Shown here piece after piece: positions 52,501 to 62,200 of a stretch of DNA of 64,000 bases; position 1 is the stretch's first letter; each line of letters opens with the position of its first letter. Source of the stretch: an uncultured Holophagales bacterium (GTDB lineage Bacteria; Acidobacteriota; Thermoanaerobaculia; Multivoradales; UBA5704); NCBI GenBank assembly GCA_963842525.1, contig CAWJGT010000009.1, forward strand, positions 1,408,001 through 1,472,000. The letters are read 5' to 3'. The position numbers and the translations under genes were made by a program. The notes beneath the pieces were generated by a model. That model was not told the origin of the DNA and did no database searches. It saw nothing but the letters and a program-made list of their open reading frames with translations.

Positions 52501-53389
52501 TCCGCCGTTTGTGGTTCAGCTCGCGGCAGATCACGCTCAGGAGAGCGGGCTCGACCTCCAGCTCCACCAGCGGCACATCGCCGCTTTCCCTTCCAGCCAC
52601 GAAACGGACGATCTTCTCGGGGACATCCGGCTCGACCAGGTGACCGCCCGCCTCGGTCACCACCCGCAAAGCGTTGCTACCGTGCATCGTCTGCAGGCGC
52701 AGGCGGTTGTGGACGATGCCGCGGATGCGGCCGCGCAAACCTTCGAGCTCGGGGAGGAAGTCCTCGCGCAGGCTGAGGAGGATCTTGTAGGGGTGCCGGT
52801 TGAACGAGTAGTCCCGCGCGCTCGCCGGGTCTTGCGCGAGCCGTGACCGAACGCTCTCCGGCGCCGAGCCCTCGCACAGGTCCGCCAGCTCGGTGAGAAA
52901 GGCCTCATCGAGCCGGCCGATGGTGAAGATCTCTTCGAACTGATCGAAGACGAGGAGGGGCGTGACGGGATCGTTGCGCGGGCTCCAGAAATCCGAGCCC
53001 TGGCGATGGAAGGACTCCCAGAGCGTCTCCGTCGCGGAGAAGGCTGGAGCCTCGACACCGGCCGCATCGGCCGCAAGGAGGAGAGACTGCCGCACCTGGT
53101 CGATCAGGTCTCGTGAGAAGTCCAGCCGGATATAGACCGGGAGGACGTTCTCGGGACGCAGGCGGGGGAAGAGACCGGCCTGGAGGAGCGAGGTCTTACC
53201 GAGGCCGGAGAGACCGAAAAGGACGGTCAGCCGCTTGCGCAGGACCAGGCGCAGCAGCTCTTCTGTCTCGGTCTCCCGGCCATAGAAGAGCTCCTGGTCT
53301 GCCTCGCGGAAGGCCGCGAGACCCGGCCAGGGGTTCTCGGCATCGACCGTGCCGGGATCTGACGAGCGGGAGACCGGCTCCGCCGTCAT
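49514..53389 (-). CDS. STAND (nSTAND1-like) NTPase - TM - WD40 protein without an N-terminal effector
   Basis: NPWPGLAAF..FYGR, GLSGLGKTS, FDQFEE, SLREDFL, ELTHD, TM helix, WD repeats; ATG overlaps the SIR2-TIR stop. Confidence 0.9.
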   Translation of the reverse strand: MTAEPVSRSSDPGTVDAENPWPGLAAFREADQELFYGRETETEELLRLVLRKRLTVLFGLSGLGKTSLLQAGLFPRLRPENVLPVYIRLDFSRDLIDQVRQSLLLAADAAGVEAPAFSATETLWESFHRQGSDFWSPRNDPVTPLLVFDQFEEIFTIGRLDEAFLTELADLCEGSAPESVRSRLAQDPASARDYSFNRHPYKILLSLREDFLPELEGLRGRIRGIVHNRLRLQTMHGSNALRVVTEAGGHLVEPDVPEKIVRFVAGRESGDVPLVELEVEPALLSVICRELNHKRRNRSLPKITAELLEGNREEILSDFYERSLVDLASEVRTFIEERLLTPKGLRDSVALESAQDDPAICEVLHKLTDRRLLRIEDRGGAQRVELTHDVLAGVIRKSRDSRREREARERAETARREAVEWARESRRKLRRSRVVTALMAVLLLGVTVLTLRVQSSEKEAQKALASSDVERAWNLQSTSPAHALAYLARALRSDRGSIPAQSLLTDLLLGRRWLQLVAEKRFPEGTEIFLGDDGLQFVTFESDRVRVWDSQTFRQIGRAIPRKEDITSVDIGQGGQRILIRTILGKVELQLWDTGTPRLLESADAQGALSPDGRWLVVGPPLEPLAVREVDTGKTHKIPLAWFREQPLEFSPDSRKLLAYNENSLTVLDLVSGHQAALEQQPVLIDAAALSADGRRVVTVGLGAKLWDAATGRFLRDLPGVSAERAQLRLWLTSENDRLLTARSLLDKIDVWRLSHLERLAEVNIGDDVSEVSLSRDGQLALAMSPKRIALVSPFAGSLAGEVPCNCAAARFVAGARRIVTVDEHGVVRLWTFAPAPARTELLASTGLVTAFFSRDGSRLGLWSGESMRFLDTDSGRQVGAPIPLGEKDTGLLLLTHDGRRLVSGSRTSPAGPQVWDTGSGLPAWPRVSPAGMLAVLREAEASSLSPDGKVLALLEDTTGSIDLWNLETGHRTGVLKAGPQGSTPALEFSPRSDRFVTSSEDGTARLWSVPGGDPLGSPMPHDSTVDLVDFSEDGERIATVTESGDLRIWDARSGASIAGPFHHPQRVRVRFEAGRLLTWSDKKVLVRDPRTGRPLSEIELEQEVDSVHASPDGARLLIQTGDLVWLMDARTGRLLRAPVEHESSIARLSPNGQLLWIATQYGIHVLPVPILPARDGELLARWAEAVGGYTLDEDARPVPLADLIASREALRQQTDGAPRDEPTAAALIRWFFADPDQRTISPALKQTVEEFLRSRLEEGTPEAWDEAAAAFPGHPLLRKHPRPLPPTELP

Positions 53390-54771
53390 GGTCTCTCGGC
53401 CTGGGACTTGCGATAGTCCCGGAAATACTGCCGCAGGATCGCCACAATCTCTGGGTTGGAAGCGTCCGGCGCGAGCCGTTCCCATTGGAGGCGGCAGAAC
53501 CGCTCGGGCAGGGCCGGATCGTTCGGCGCCACCTCGCCGACGACCAGCGGCACGATGAAGCGCCGGTTCGGAGGGAGCTGCGCTGCGACCCTCTCGGCCC
53601 AGCCCCATTCGAGACGGAAGTACCGCGGCTTCTCGGTGAGCGTCTGCGGCGAGAGGATGGGCACGAAGTAGGAGCAGGACTCGATGTTGCGCCGGATCTT
53701 GGCCTCGTAGTCGTCGCCTCCCTGAAGCTCCTTGCGATCGAACCAGACGTCCACGCCGGCGCTTTCGAGCTCCTCCTTGAGCCTCGCGACGACCGGACGG
53801 TCCTCGCTGGCGTAGCTCAGGAAGACCGAGCCGGCCTTCATGTCGAGCGGGCCGGACGCCGGGGCCTGGGTGGGCTCGGGAGCGGCCTCCTGGGGAGGGT
53901 GCCTTTCGGTCCAGCGCCGGGAGAGCTCCTGCACGAAGTCCACCGCTCCGCCCGAGTAGATGCGGGTGCGCGAGCTGAAGTGCTTGAGGAAGGCCACCAG
54001 GGCGGGGTCGTCGCGCATGCGGGCGTCGGCCACTACATCGGTCCGGCCGCGGACGAGCCACAGGCGGTCGCGCCGGGGGGTGCGCAGGATGAAGCGGGCG
54101 AGCCAGTCCGGATAGCCGCCACCGAGAAGGAGGAGCTGCCGGCGGTCGAGCTCGTCGAAGAGGAGGTTGGGCCGGCGGCTCTCCGACTGCAGGGCGTGAA
54201 CGAATTCGAGGGTGTCCTCCTCGGTGACAGCATAGTCGGGCACGGGCAGGAGGCGGCCGAAGAGGTGGAACACGGCCGGCGGGTCGCCAGGCCTGAGCGG
54301 CGCGTCGAGGTCCTTGACCGCGCTGGGCGCGTAGGCATGGACGCGGGTCCCGGGCCGACCGCCGAAGCGAACCTCGTCCAGGGCCTGCTGGAGAAGAGGA
54401 TCGAAGGTCGTGGTGACGAAGAGCTGAAGCGGCCGGATGCGGGCAAGCTGGACGAGCGGCTCGGGGATGGGGAAGCGCTCCCGGTCCGGAAAGACCTGGG
54501 TGAGGCCCGAATAGATGTCCTCGATCTGGCCGTTCCGGCTGAGGAAGCGGCAGGCCACCTCATGCAGCGCCCCGGTCGCCGGAAGGTCGTCGCCCGGCAC
54601 CTCCAGATATTCGGCCAGGCGCTCCGCCAGGAAGGCATAGAGCGAAACGGGCTTGCCGTCGACCGCCGCGACGAGCAGGTCCGGGCCGACAATGGGGACG
54701 ACGAGCCCTGCCTCGATGAACTGGAGGAGCTGGTCCCAGAAGCGGGGGCTCTCGGCGGCCGGAGGCGTCAT
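53386..54771 (-). CDS. SIR2-like plus TIR domain protein
   Basis: VVPIVGPDL, FVTTTFD, VFHLFG, YAVTEED, LLLLG...DWLAR; TIR VFLSYASED..VWFD..GDD..YFRLEW. Confidence 0.88.
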   Translation of the reverse strand: MTPPAAESPRFWDQLLQFIEAGLVVPIVGPDLLVAAVDGKPVSLYAFLAERLAEYLEVPGDDLPATGALHEVACRFLSRNGQIEDIYSGLTQVFPDRERFPIPEPLVQLARIRPLQLFVTTTFDPLLQQALDEVRFGGRPGTRVHAYAPSAVKDLDAPLRPGDPPAVFHLFGRLLPVPDYAVTEEDTLEFVHALQSESRRPNLLFDELDRRQLLLLGGGYPDWLARFILRTPRRDRLWLVRGRTDVVADARMRDDPALVAFLKHFSSRTRIYSGGAVDFVQELSRRWTERHPPQEAAPEPTQAPASGPLDMKAGSVFLSYASEDRPVVARLKEELESAGVDVWFDRKELQGGDDYEAKIRRNIESCSYFVPILSPQTLTEKPRYFRLEWGWAERVAAQLPPNRRFIVPLVVGEVAPNDPALPERFCRLQWERLAPDASNPEIVAILRQYFRDYRKSQAERP

Positions 54772-55205
54772 GATGGCCGGACCCGATCAGAGCTCGATCC
54801 CAAGGGAGGGTTGAGATCTCCCGGTACCAGATGCGCCCGCAGCCAATCCGCAAGATCAGACTCGGAGCACCGGTGATCGGCCACGGCGAGCATGGTCTGG
54901 ACCACTTCGGCTTCCGGGGCGTCCAGGTCCCATCCGTTGAGCCCCAGGAAGATCACCATGGCCAGGAAGGAGATCCGCTTGTTCCCATCGCGATAGGGAT
55001 GGCTGGTGGCGAGCCCATAGCCGTATGCCGCAGCCAGGGTCGCGAGATCCTCGATGCCATCGCAGGCCCATTTGTTGCGGGCGCGCGCCAGGGCTGATTC
55101 GAGGGCATTCTCGTCGCGGATTCCGGGCAGGCCGCCATGCTCTCGGAGCTGATCGAGATGGACTGCATCGACGACGATGCGTTCCACCCAGACCGGTTCG
55201 CCCAT
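54768..55205 (-). CDS. doc: Doc/Fic-family toxin
   Basis: GG.PGIRD...LESALAR and the motif HPYRDGNKR. Confidence 0.9.
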   Translation of the reverse strand: MGEPVWVERIVVDAVHLDQLREHGGLPGIRDENALESALARARNKWACDGIEDLATLAAAYGYGLATSHPYRDGNKRISFLAMVIFLGLNGWDLDAPEAEVVQTMLAVADHRCSESDLADWLRAHLVPGDLNPPLGSSSDRVRPS

Positions 55206-55208
55206 GGC

Positions 55209-55436
55209 CTATTTCGCCAATTCGCGAAGGGCGTTCCGGTACCGTTTGGCCGCGCGCGCGGCGATCTCGAGAGACCGCTCGATCGCAGGGTCATAAGGGG
55301 TCAGGAGAATCCCTTTCTCCGTCTCGATCGCGAGCACTCGGTCGCCGGCCGCGAGGTGCAGGCGCTCGGCCATGTCCTTGGGGAGCGTTGCGCTCACGGA
55401 GCCTCCCGCCTGACGGAGCTTCACGTCCTTGACCAT
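55209..55436 (-). CDS. AbrB/MazE-type antitoxin
   Basis: VKLRQAGGSVSATLPKDM..RLHL..GD..GILLTPYDP..YRNALRELAK; lies directly upstream of doc. Confidence 0.88.
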   Translation of the reverse strand: MVKDVKLRQAGGSVSATLPKDMAERLHLAAGDRVLAIETEKGILLTPYDPAIERSLEIAARAAKRYRNALRELAK

Positions 55437-55455
55437 CGGCGTTCCTCCCACCGGC

Positions 55456-55484
55456 AAGGTAGCACTTCTGTGCTTTTTTGCCAA
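55456..55484 (-). promoter_or_regulatory. Toxin-antitoxin operon promoter with palindromic operator
   Basis: TTGGCA-17 bp-TACCTT; dyad agcac-N4-gtgct at 55461-55474. Confidence 0.6.
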
Positions 55485-55515
55485 ACGCGCGCGGTCAATT
55501 TCAGGGAGTCCCCCG

Positions 55516-55799
55516 GTGACGCATAGTCGGGCACGGGCAGGGCAGGAGGCGGCCGAAGAGGTGGAACACGGCCGGCGGGTCGCCAAGCTTGACCGTTCCG
55601 GCTGAAGGTAGCGGCAGGCAACTCTTATATAGCGCGCCGGTCGCCGGGAGGTCGTCGCCCGGTACCTCCAGGTATTCGCTAGGCGCTCCGCGAGGAAGGC
55701 CTAGAGCGAAACCGGCTTGCCGTCGATGGTCGCGACGACCAGCCTTGCCTCGATGAATTGGAGGAGCTGGCCTCTGAAGCGGGGGCTTTCACCGCCGGA
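55516..55799 (-). pseudogene. Decayed 5' remnant of a SIR2-TIR gene
   Basis: Blocks match ~54223-54290 and ~54530-54763, with deletions, stops and indels. Confidence 0.8.
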
Positions 55800-55827
55800 G
55801 AGCACTGGGTTGGACTTTAGCAGGGGG

Positions 55828-56784
55828 TCAAGCAGGATAGAGAGTGCTTGGCGGCTTCTTTCCGATGTAGCCGACGAAGTTTTTCCGAGTTTCTGGATGA
55901 GGGAAGAAATAGATCCTCCAGGCTCCTGGAGTCAGCCGCGTATGCAGCACGAAGAGGCGGTATTCACCGTCAGGGCAGAGGAAAGTGCGGTCTTCGGAGT
56001 ACCTGTCGAGTGTGCTTGGGCTCTCGCCGGTGATCTTCATAGGCAGCACAGACGGGTCGAAGTGGCTACCATCCCAACCCCGGAAAGACCGGTCGAGCTC
56101 ATGGAGGCGTTTCCAGATCTGGCGAAACAGAGGGTGGCCCTCGCGAGCATCAGCAAGCTGATGAGCCACCGACTCACAGAAGACAAGCGAGGGAAAGAGC
56201 TGCTCTCGGCGCTCCCATAGCTCACGGCCGCTACGTACCGGCAGATCGCGCCCAGCGAGCCAGTCTAAGTGGACGGAGACGTGGTTCGTGCGGCAGGCGT
56301 GGGAAACTTCGGCACTCTCTTCTTCCAGGTTGCCCTGGTCGCTTAAAAAGAGGCATCTCAGTGATAGCCGCGTGCTCTCCCAACAGGCCTCAGAAGAAAG
56401 GCTGACCGCAAGCGCTTCAAGCAGGAAGGCTGCTCCCAGCCCCAGGGCCTTTCGTTTTCCGAAGTACAGTTCAATCCGATCTGCACGGTCAACGAGCTCT
56501 ATACCGTCTTCGGGCCTGAGATAGGGGGCCTTGCTTTGAATGGATCGAAAGTAGGACCGCTCTTCTTGCCCGGCCTGAGGATCGTTGCGCCACTGGGCAA
56601 GAAGATATCCAGGCGCAAGCAGAGTGGAATTGAAGTCTTCAGTGGTTCGTAGGGCCCTGGCAGCACCTGCCTGCACAGCGGCAACCAGGGTAGCGATCAA
56701 GAGGCTCATCCGCTCGCGTGCTACCAAAGCGCTCTCGGCTGGCTGCTCGAGGGACAGCTCGTTGAGCACCAGCTCCCGATTCAC
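55828..56784 (-). CDS. Putative defence effector with RelE-like C-terminus (Menshen NsnC-like position)
   Basis: LVLNELSL start; ESPSTL..Y..DRTF..PDG..F..H.R..WRIYF..VGYIG; coupled to the ATPase gene. Confidence 0.7.
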   Translation of the reverse strand: MNRELVLNELSLEQPAESALVARERMSLLIATLVAAVQAGAARALRTTEDFNSTLLAPGYLLAQWRNDPQAGQEERSYFRSIQSKAPYLRPEDGIELVDRADRIELYFGKRKALGLGAAFLLEALAVSLSSEACWESTRLSLRCLFLSDQGNLEEESAEVSHACRTNHVSVHLDWLAGRDLPVRSGRELWERREQLFPSLVFCESVAHQLADAREGHPLFRQIWKRLHELDRSFRGWDGSHFDPSVLPMKITGESPSTLDRYSEDRTFLCPDGEYRLFVLHTRLTPGAWRIYFFPHPETRKNFVGYIGKKPPSTLYPA

Positions 56785-57899
56785 GTGCCAGCTCCTGGCG
56801 GCAGAAGCAGAGCCTCCAAGCTCTTATCCCACTGGTCAAAGAAATCCTCGGGCCAGATGTCGATCCGGCCGTGGCGATCGAGGCGGGGCGAGATCACCTG
56901 GTGCCGCGACCCTTCATCCGATCTCATGAAGAAGTGGATCTGCACAAGATCAGGATCTAGCCGCCCGGCATGAACCGCCGTCCGGACACCATTCAAGACG
57001 TGATCGCTGTGAGACTCGACAACGAGCTGGATTCCCGCGCTTGCCGCCCGCGCCAGGAAGTCACCGAGGGCGACCTGGCCCCGCGGATGAAGATGAGCCT
57101 CCGGGTTTTCGATGAGCAAGAGGGAACCTGGCTCTGCCGCCAGCACCGCGACGAGGATTGGTAATGTGTATGTTATTCCAAATCCGACGTTGGTAGGCCG
57201 GTATGGGCTGCTCACGTCGTTGCCACGGACGAAAGAGTACTCCAGTTGAACCAGGTCCATGCCGGAATAGGGCGTGACCTGGAGGCGGGCTCCTGGGCTG
57301 ACGACTCCAAGCCACGCCTCCGCCTGGTCCTTCAGTGAAGGGGACACAGTGGAGATTCGTAGTGCCTCCACGGGAACCTTCTGGCTGCCATACACCGCCA
57401 GAAAATGAGCAGTGAGCTCACCGTGGCTGCCGAGCTGCCGGTGCTGGCGAACCGCGAAGTCTGAAATCGCAAAGGAGGTTCGCGGACCGATCCGCTCAGC
57501 GCCGAGATACTGGAATGAGTCGCTGAAGAGCGCACACAGAAAGACTTCCCCCTGGACCTCCGTCAAGCCTGCGGCCAGCACGTCTGCTTCGGAATCATAG
57601 GCAAGCTCCCAAGTCGCCGCCCGACCATCTCCCCAGGTGAGAGCGAAACGGATCTTTTCTTCCTGAGCACCCTCGTACAAGGCGTCCCGTGCCGTGCCAA
57701 CCCATACAAGGTCTCCATTGAGAGCAAGCCTTCCCTCAGGGAGAAGACCTTGCTGGAATGACTGGCGCAACAAAAGCAGCGCCTGCAGCACAGTCGACTT
57801 GCCGGTGCCGTTCAATCCGGCTAGAAGGGTTAGAGGGCTCAAGTCGAGGGTTTGCCCTGCAAAGCATTTGAAATTGTCCAGCCGGAAGGAGCCAATCAT
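56781..57899 (-). CDS. ABC-type ATPase with DUF3696-like C-terminus (Menshen NsnB-like)
   Basis: NFKCF, GLNGTGKST, YLGAERIGPR, NVGFG, IENPEAHLHPRGQ, ESHSDH, G.I..WP.DFFDQ. Confidence 0.88.
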   Translation of the reverse strand: MIGSFRLDNFKCFAGQTLDLSPLTLLAGLNGTGKSTVLQALLLLRQSFQQGLLPEGRLALNGDLVWVGTARDALYEGAQEEKIRFALTWGDGRAATWELAYDSEADVLAAGLTEVQGEVFLCALFSDSFQYLGAERIGPRTSFAISDFAVRQHRQLGSHGELTAHFLAVYGSQKVPVEALRISTVSPSLKDQAEAWLGVVSPGARLQVTPYSGMDLVQLEYSFVRGNDVSSPYRPTNVGFGITYTLPILVAVLAAEPGSLLLIENPEAHLHPRGQVALGDFLARAASAGIQLVVESHSDHVLNGVRTAVHAGRLDPDLVQIHFFMRSDEGSRHQVISPRLDRHGRIDIWPEDFFDQWDKSLEALLLPPGAGT

Positions 57900-59027
57900 C
57901 GGAGGACCCTCTGGATGAGATCGCGAATTGCCTCGAAGCGGAGGCGCACTTTGTTGACATCGCCTGTGCCTTGTGTCACGGCTGCGTTGAACTGCCGACT
58001 TCCCATCAGCTCGATGAAGCCATCCATCAATTTTTCCTTGCGTTCGAGGAGCCGCTCAATGTCTTTGTCGCTCAGGGCGTCGAGATTCACCGACCAGGCT
58101 TCTAGCAGAGCCTTGTTGATCGGCTTCCGGGGAGTACGGTGTTGGTAGCGCTTGCGGAACGAATCTTTGCCGAAGAGTGCGTAAGCAGAAGCTCATGGCG
58201 CGGAGAAAACGTCGAGCCAGATCCTCTCGCTCCAAGTCGCTCATCTGGTTGAGCAACCGCATCTGCCGGTGCAGGAAACCATCGAGATCCTGCGACCGGT
58301 ATTGATCGTAAGGAGTGAGCACGAAAGCGAGAAACCGTAAGGCGCACTCGCGGTCGGTCATCCGGCGATCGCGGATACCGCCAGACGTGGCATGGACGAA
58401 CTCTTCCGACTCCGACAGCCTTTTGAGCAGCGTCGTGGCAGGCCCTTGATTGAGAGCGTGCCGGATCTCCTGCGACGACAGTGGCAGGCCACCGGTGTTG
58501 ATTCTACGGAAGATGGTATACTTAACCTCAGGAGGAGTTCCGGGCTGGACCAAGTAGATGATGAGCTGGGTTTCCTCGATGCGACGACGCATGGGACGAG
58601 GGAGGCCGGAGAAGCGGAGCCCTTCGTATTGTCTCCAGAACTCGAGGTTCTCAAGCGCGAACGACTGGTCAACTACAAATCTCTGTAAAACCGTGAGTCG
58701 CTGGAGACCGTCCACGACGAGCCAGCGTTCCTCGTTAGTTGCATCCATGTAGAAGGCGGGTATAGGGATGCGGATCAGGAACGACTCGATCAGGCGACTC
58801 TGCTCACGCGGCTTCCAGAGGCCACCCGCGCGCTGAAATTCCGGGACCAGATCAATCTCTCCCGCCTTTAACCTCTTGATGAGCAGATCGACAGTTGAAG
58901 GTCTGGTCTCTATACGGATGTCGGCGGGATTGAATGGTTCGAGGATCTCACCACCTCCAGTGTCTTCCTCCTCGACTCCCCAATCCACAGGCTCGAAGCC
59001 TTCCGCGACGGTCAAATCCACAGTCAT
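57896..59027 (-). CDS. DUF262 (ParB-like) protein (Menshen NsnA-like); frameshift near 58190
   Basis: RBS aaggag; PEFQR...W....SRLIES..IPIP.FY, VVDGLQRL, IFRRINTGG..LS.QEIR. The C-terminus continues in the frame of ORF 57896-58090. Confidence 0.85.
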
Positions 59028-59227
59028 GCCTTGACTCCTTCTTCGAGCTTCGGTTGGCGATCCGAACTCGGATTGAGGCCTGAACGCGGCCATGGTAGCA
59101 CCATGAAGGGCACAGGAGCAGGAGGCGCGAGCGGAGAAGTGGAGGAGCCCGGCCAGCCTGTGCTCTCCGACCGCGGGAGCAGTTTCTGGCAGGGCCGGTG
59201 TGGAGAGCAACTCTGACCAGCGCCACT

Positions 59228-62200
59228 CTACCGCTGCCCTCCGGGCGGAGCGGCCTCTTCCGCGAGCTCCGGCAGGTAGGGCCGCAGCAGGTCGCGCACG
59301 GTGACCGGCCGGTCGGCTGGGAGGCTGCCACGGAGCTGGTCGAGGCGCTGGAGCTGGCCTTCGAGGGGGACGATGCGGTCCTGGTCGTCGACGCGATAGC
59401 CGCCTACGGCTTCGGCGAGACGGGCGACGTTGCGGGCGTCGCTCGCCGCGGCGTTGGGGGCGCTCCAGGCGAGGAGGCCGCGCGAGGAGGTGATCCAGAC
59501 GAGCTGGCCGTCGTCGCGGTAGCGCACGTTGAAGACAGTGCCCCCGATGTCGACCGGCGTGCAGAGGGGACGGCCGGTCGTGGGGTTCCACAGGGAGACG
59601 GCGGTGTCGCTGGCGATCAGGAGCTCCTCCGCCTCCACCGGGTTGAAGCGGACGTTGGTGATCCGGCTGGCTCCCGGGAAGCTCCATGGGCTCGCTGGCC
59701 GGCAGCCAGTCGCCGCGCTCTTCCCGCCAGGAGCGGACGGTGTCGTCCGACCAGGCGAGGAGGAGGCGCCCGGCCGGATGGAAGGTGACGCCGGAGAGGG
59801 AGCTGCGGTCGCGCGAGGTGTTGCCCAGGCTGCGGCCGGTGTCCGCGTCCCAGACGAAGGCCACGCCGTCCATGCTGCCGCTCGCCAGCCGCCGTCCGTC
59901 GGCGCTGAAGGCCACGTCCATCACTTCGTTGCGGTGCTGGATCGGGTGGACTGCGCCCTTGCGGAAGTCCCAGAGCCGGACGATGCGGTCCCGCGAGGCC
60001 GTGGCGATGCGCCGGCCGTCGGGCCGGAAGGCGGCTGCGTTGACCCTGGCCGGGTGGGTGAGGCGCCAGCCCGGATGGCCGGGAGCGTTCAGGTCCCAGA
60101 CGCTGACGGCGCGCTCTGTGAAGGCCAGGAGCGCGCTCCCGTCGTCGGAGAAAAGGGCGTCCTGGATCGCGCCGCCGGCCTGGAAGCGGCCGATCTCGCG
60201 CTCTCCCGCCGCCAGGTCGAGGACGTGGACCGCGCGGGAGGTGACGAGGGCGAGCCGCTTGCCGCCTGGGCCGAGGCGCAGGAAGCGGACCGGGTCGGGG
60301 AGGGAGACGGTACGCCGCACGGAGCCGTCCATCCCGTGGAAGTGGACCTGCCTGCCGGCGGCCATGGCGACGGTCTCGCCGAGCAGGTGTCCTTGCGTGG
60401 CCTGGGCAGGGACCAGGAGCCGCAGCATCGGCTCGGTCCGCCGCACCTGCCAGACCCGGACGGCGCCGTCGAAGCCGGCGGTGAGCACGCCGTCGGCCTC
60501 GGGGGTGAAACGGAGGTCGAGGGCGTCGAGGATGGGCATGGCCAGCGGCTCGCCGGCCGCGACGTCCCAGACCTGGACGGAGTCGTCCTGTGCCAGGGTC
60601 AGGAGGAGGCGTCCGTCGCGGCTCGGCTCGTGCCAGGTGAGCCCTTTGGGAGAGGTCGCGGTCCCCGCGACCTCTCCCGTTTCCACATCCCAGACGCGGG
60701 CCGTGAGAGGGTCGATCAGCGCGGCGACTCGCTTGCCGTCCAGGCTGAGCCGCAGATGCGAGAGGCTCGGGCTCCCCTCGATGTCGGGTCCTACCTGCGA
60801 GACCGAGGCGGCATCCCAGACGTGCAGGCGGCCGGTGCGAGATGCGGTGGCGACGCGTCCGCCGTCGCGGCTCGCGTCCGCGGCAACGACGGGGCTGACG
60901 CCGCCGAAGGGTCCCGCCGCGGTGCGGCCCTCCCGGATGTCCCAGATCCGCGCCTCGCCACGGGCGACTACCAGAGCCCGGCCGTCCGGCAGGAGCTTCG
61001 AAAACTTCGTCGGCCCGGGGAGAGGCGGCCCGGCGGGCTTGCCGGTCCGGGCGTCGAGGAAGGAGACCCGATCGCCCTGATCACCCTCCTCGACCGCGTT
61101 CCGCACCAGCAGCAGCTTGCCGTCGGCGGAGAGCTCTGTACAGACGAGGTCGGCGTCCGTCGTGCACAGCAGGCGGCCCAGCTCGTAGTGGCCGAGCTCC
61201 TTGCCGGCGGGCACGTCCCAGAGCCGTGCCCGGCCGGCGGACGAGACGGTCACCGCCACGCGCCCGCCGGCGCTGATGTGGACCTCGTCCACCAGCTCGC
61301 GGGCCTGCACCTTTCCCAGCGGCTGCAGGCCATCGGTCTGGTGGAAAAGAACCGTTCCGTCTTTGAGCACGATGGCGACGTGCCGCGCATCGGCGCTGAA
61401 GACGACCCAATCCTCGTCCGGGTGGCGCAGCTCGTCCATGGGGAGCGGCCAGCTCTTCCCGAGGAGGACGTAGATCAGCAATGTGCGGTAGTCGAAAACC
61501 TCCGGCTCGCGGTCCACGGCCCGGGCCAGATAGGCGAGCGCATGCGCCGGGCTGCTGTCCTGGAGGTTGACTGCCCGTTCCATGTCGGAGCTCGCCAGGG
61601 CGCGGCGCGCCACCTCTTCGATCCGCCAGGCATAGAGGACGAGGCCGACGACCGCGAGCAGCAGGACGCCGAGCAGGGCGAGCGCCTGCCGGCTGCGCCG
61701 CAGCTTGCGGCGGGTCTGGCGCATGCGCTCCTCGGCCTCGCGCTGTGCCGCCCCGGCCTGCTCCTGCGCCTCGCGCTGACGGCGGGTGTCGCGGCTGTTG
61801 CGCGCCACCCGGGTGAGCACGTCGTGCGTCAGCTCGACGCGTTGCACGCCGCCGCGGTCCTCGATACGCAGCAGCCGGCGGTCAACCAGCCGGCTCAGGG
61901 TTTCGCGATCGACGCCGGGCTCTTCCAGCGCGCTCTCCAGGGCCACCGAGTCGCGGAAGCCCGAGCGGGTGAGCAGCCTCTCCTCAACGAAGGTGCGCAC
62001 CTCCCGCGGGAGGTCGGTGAGGCTGCGCTCGTAGAGATCCGTGAGGATCTCCTCCCGGTTTCCTTCGAGCAGGCCGGCGGTAATCCGCGGCAGGCCGCGG
62101 CGGCGGCGGCGGTTGTTGAGCTCGCGGCAGACGACGCCCAGCAAGGCGGGCTCGATCTCCAGACGCCCGAGCGGAGCCTCGCCGTCCTCCGTCTCCTCCT

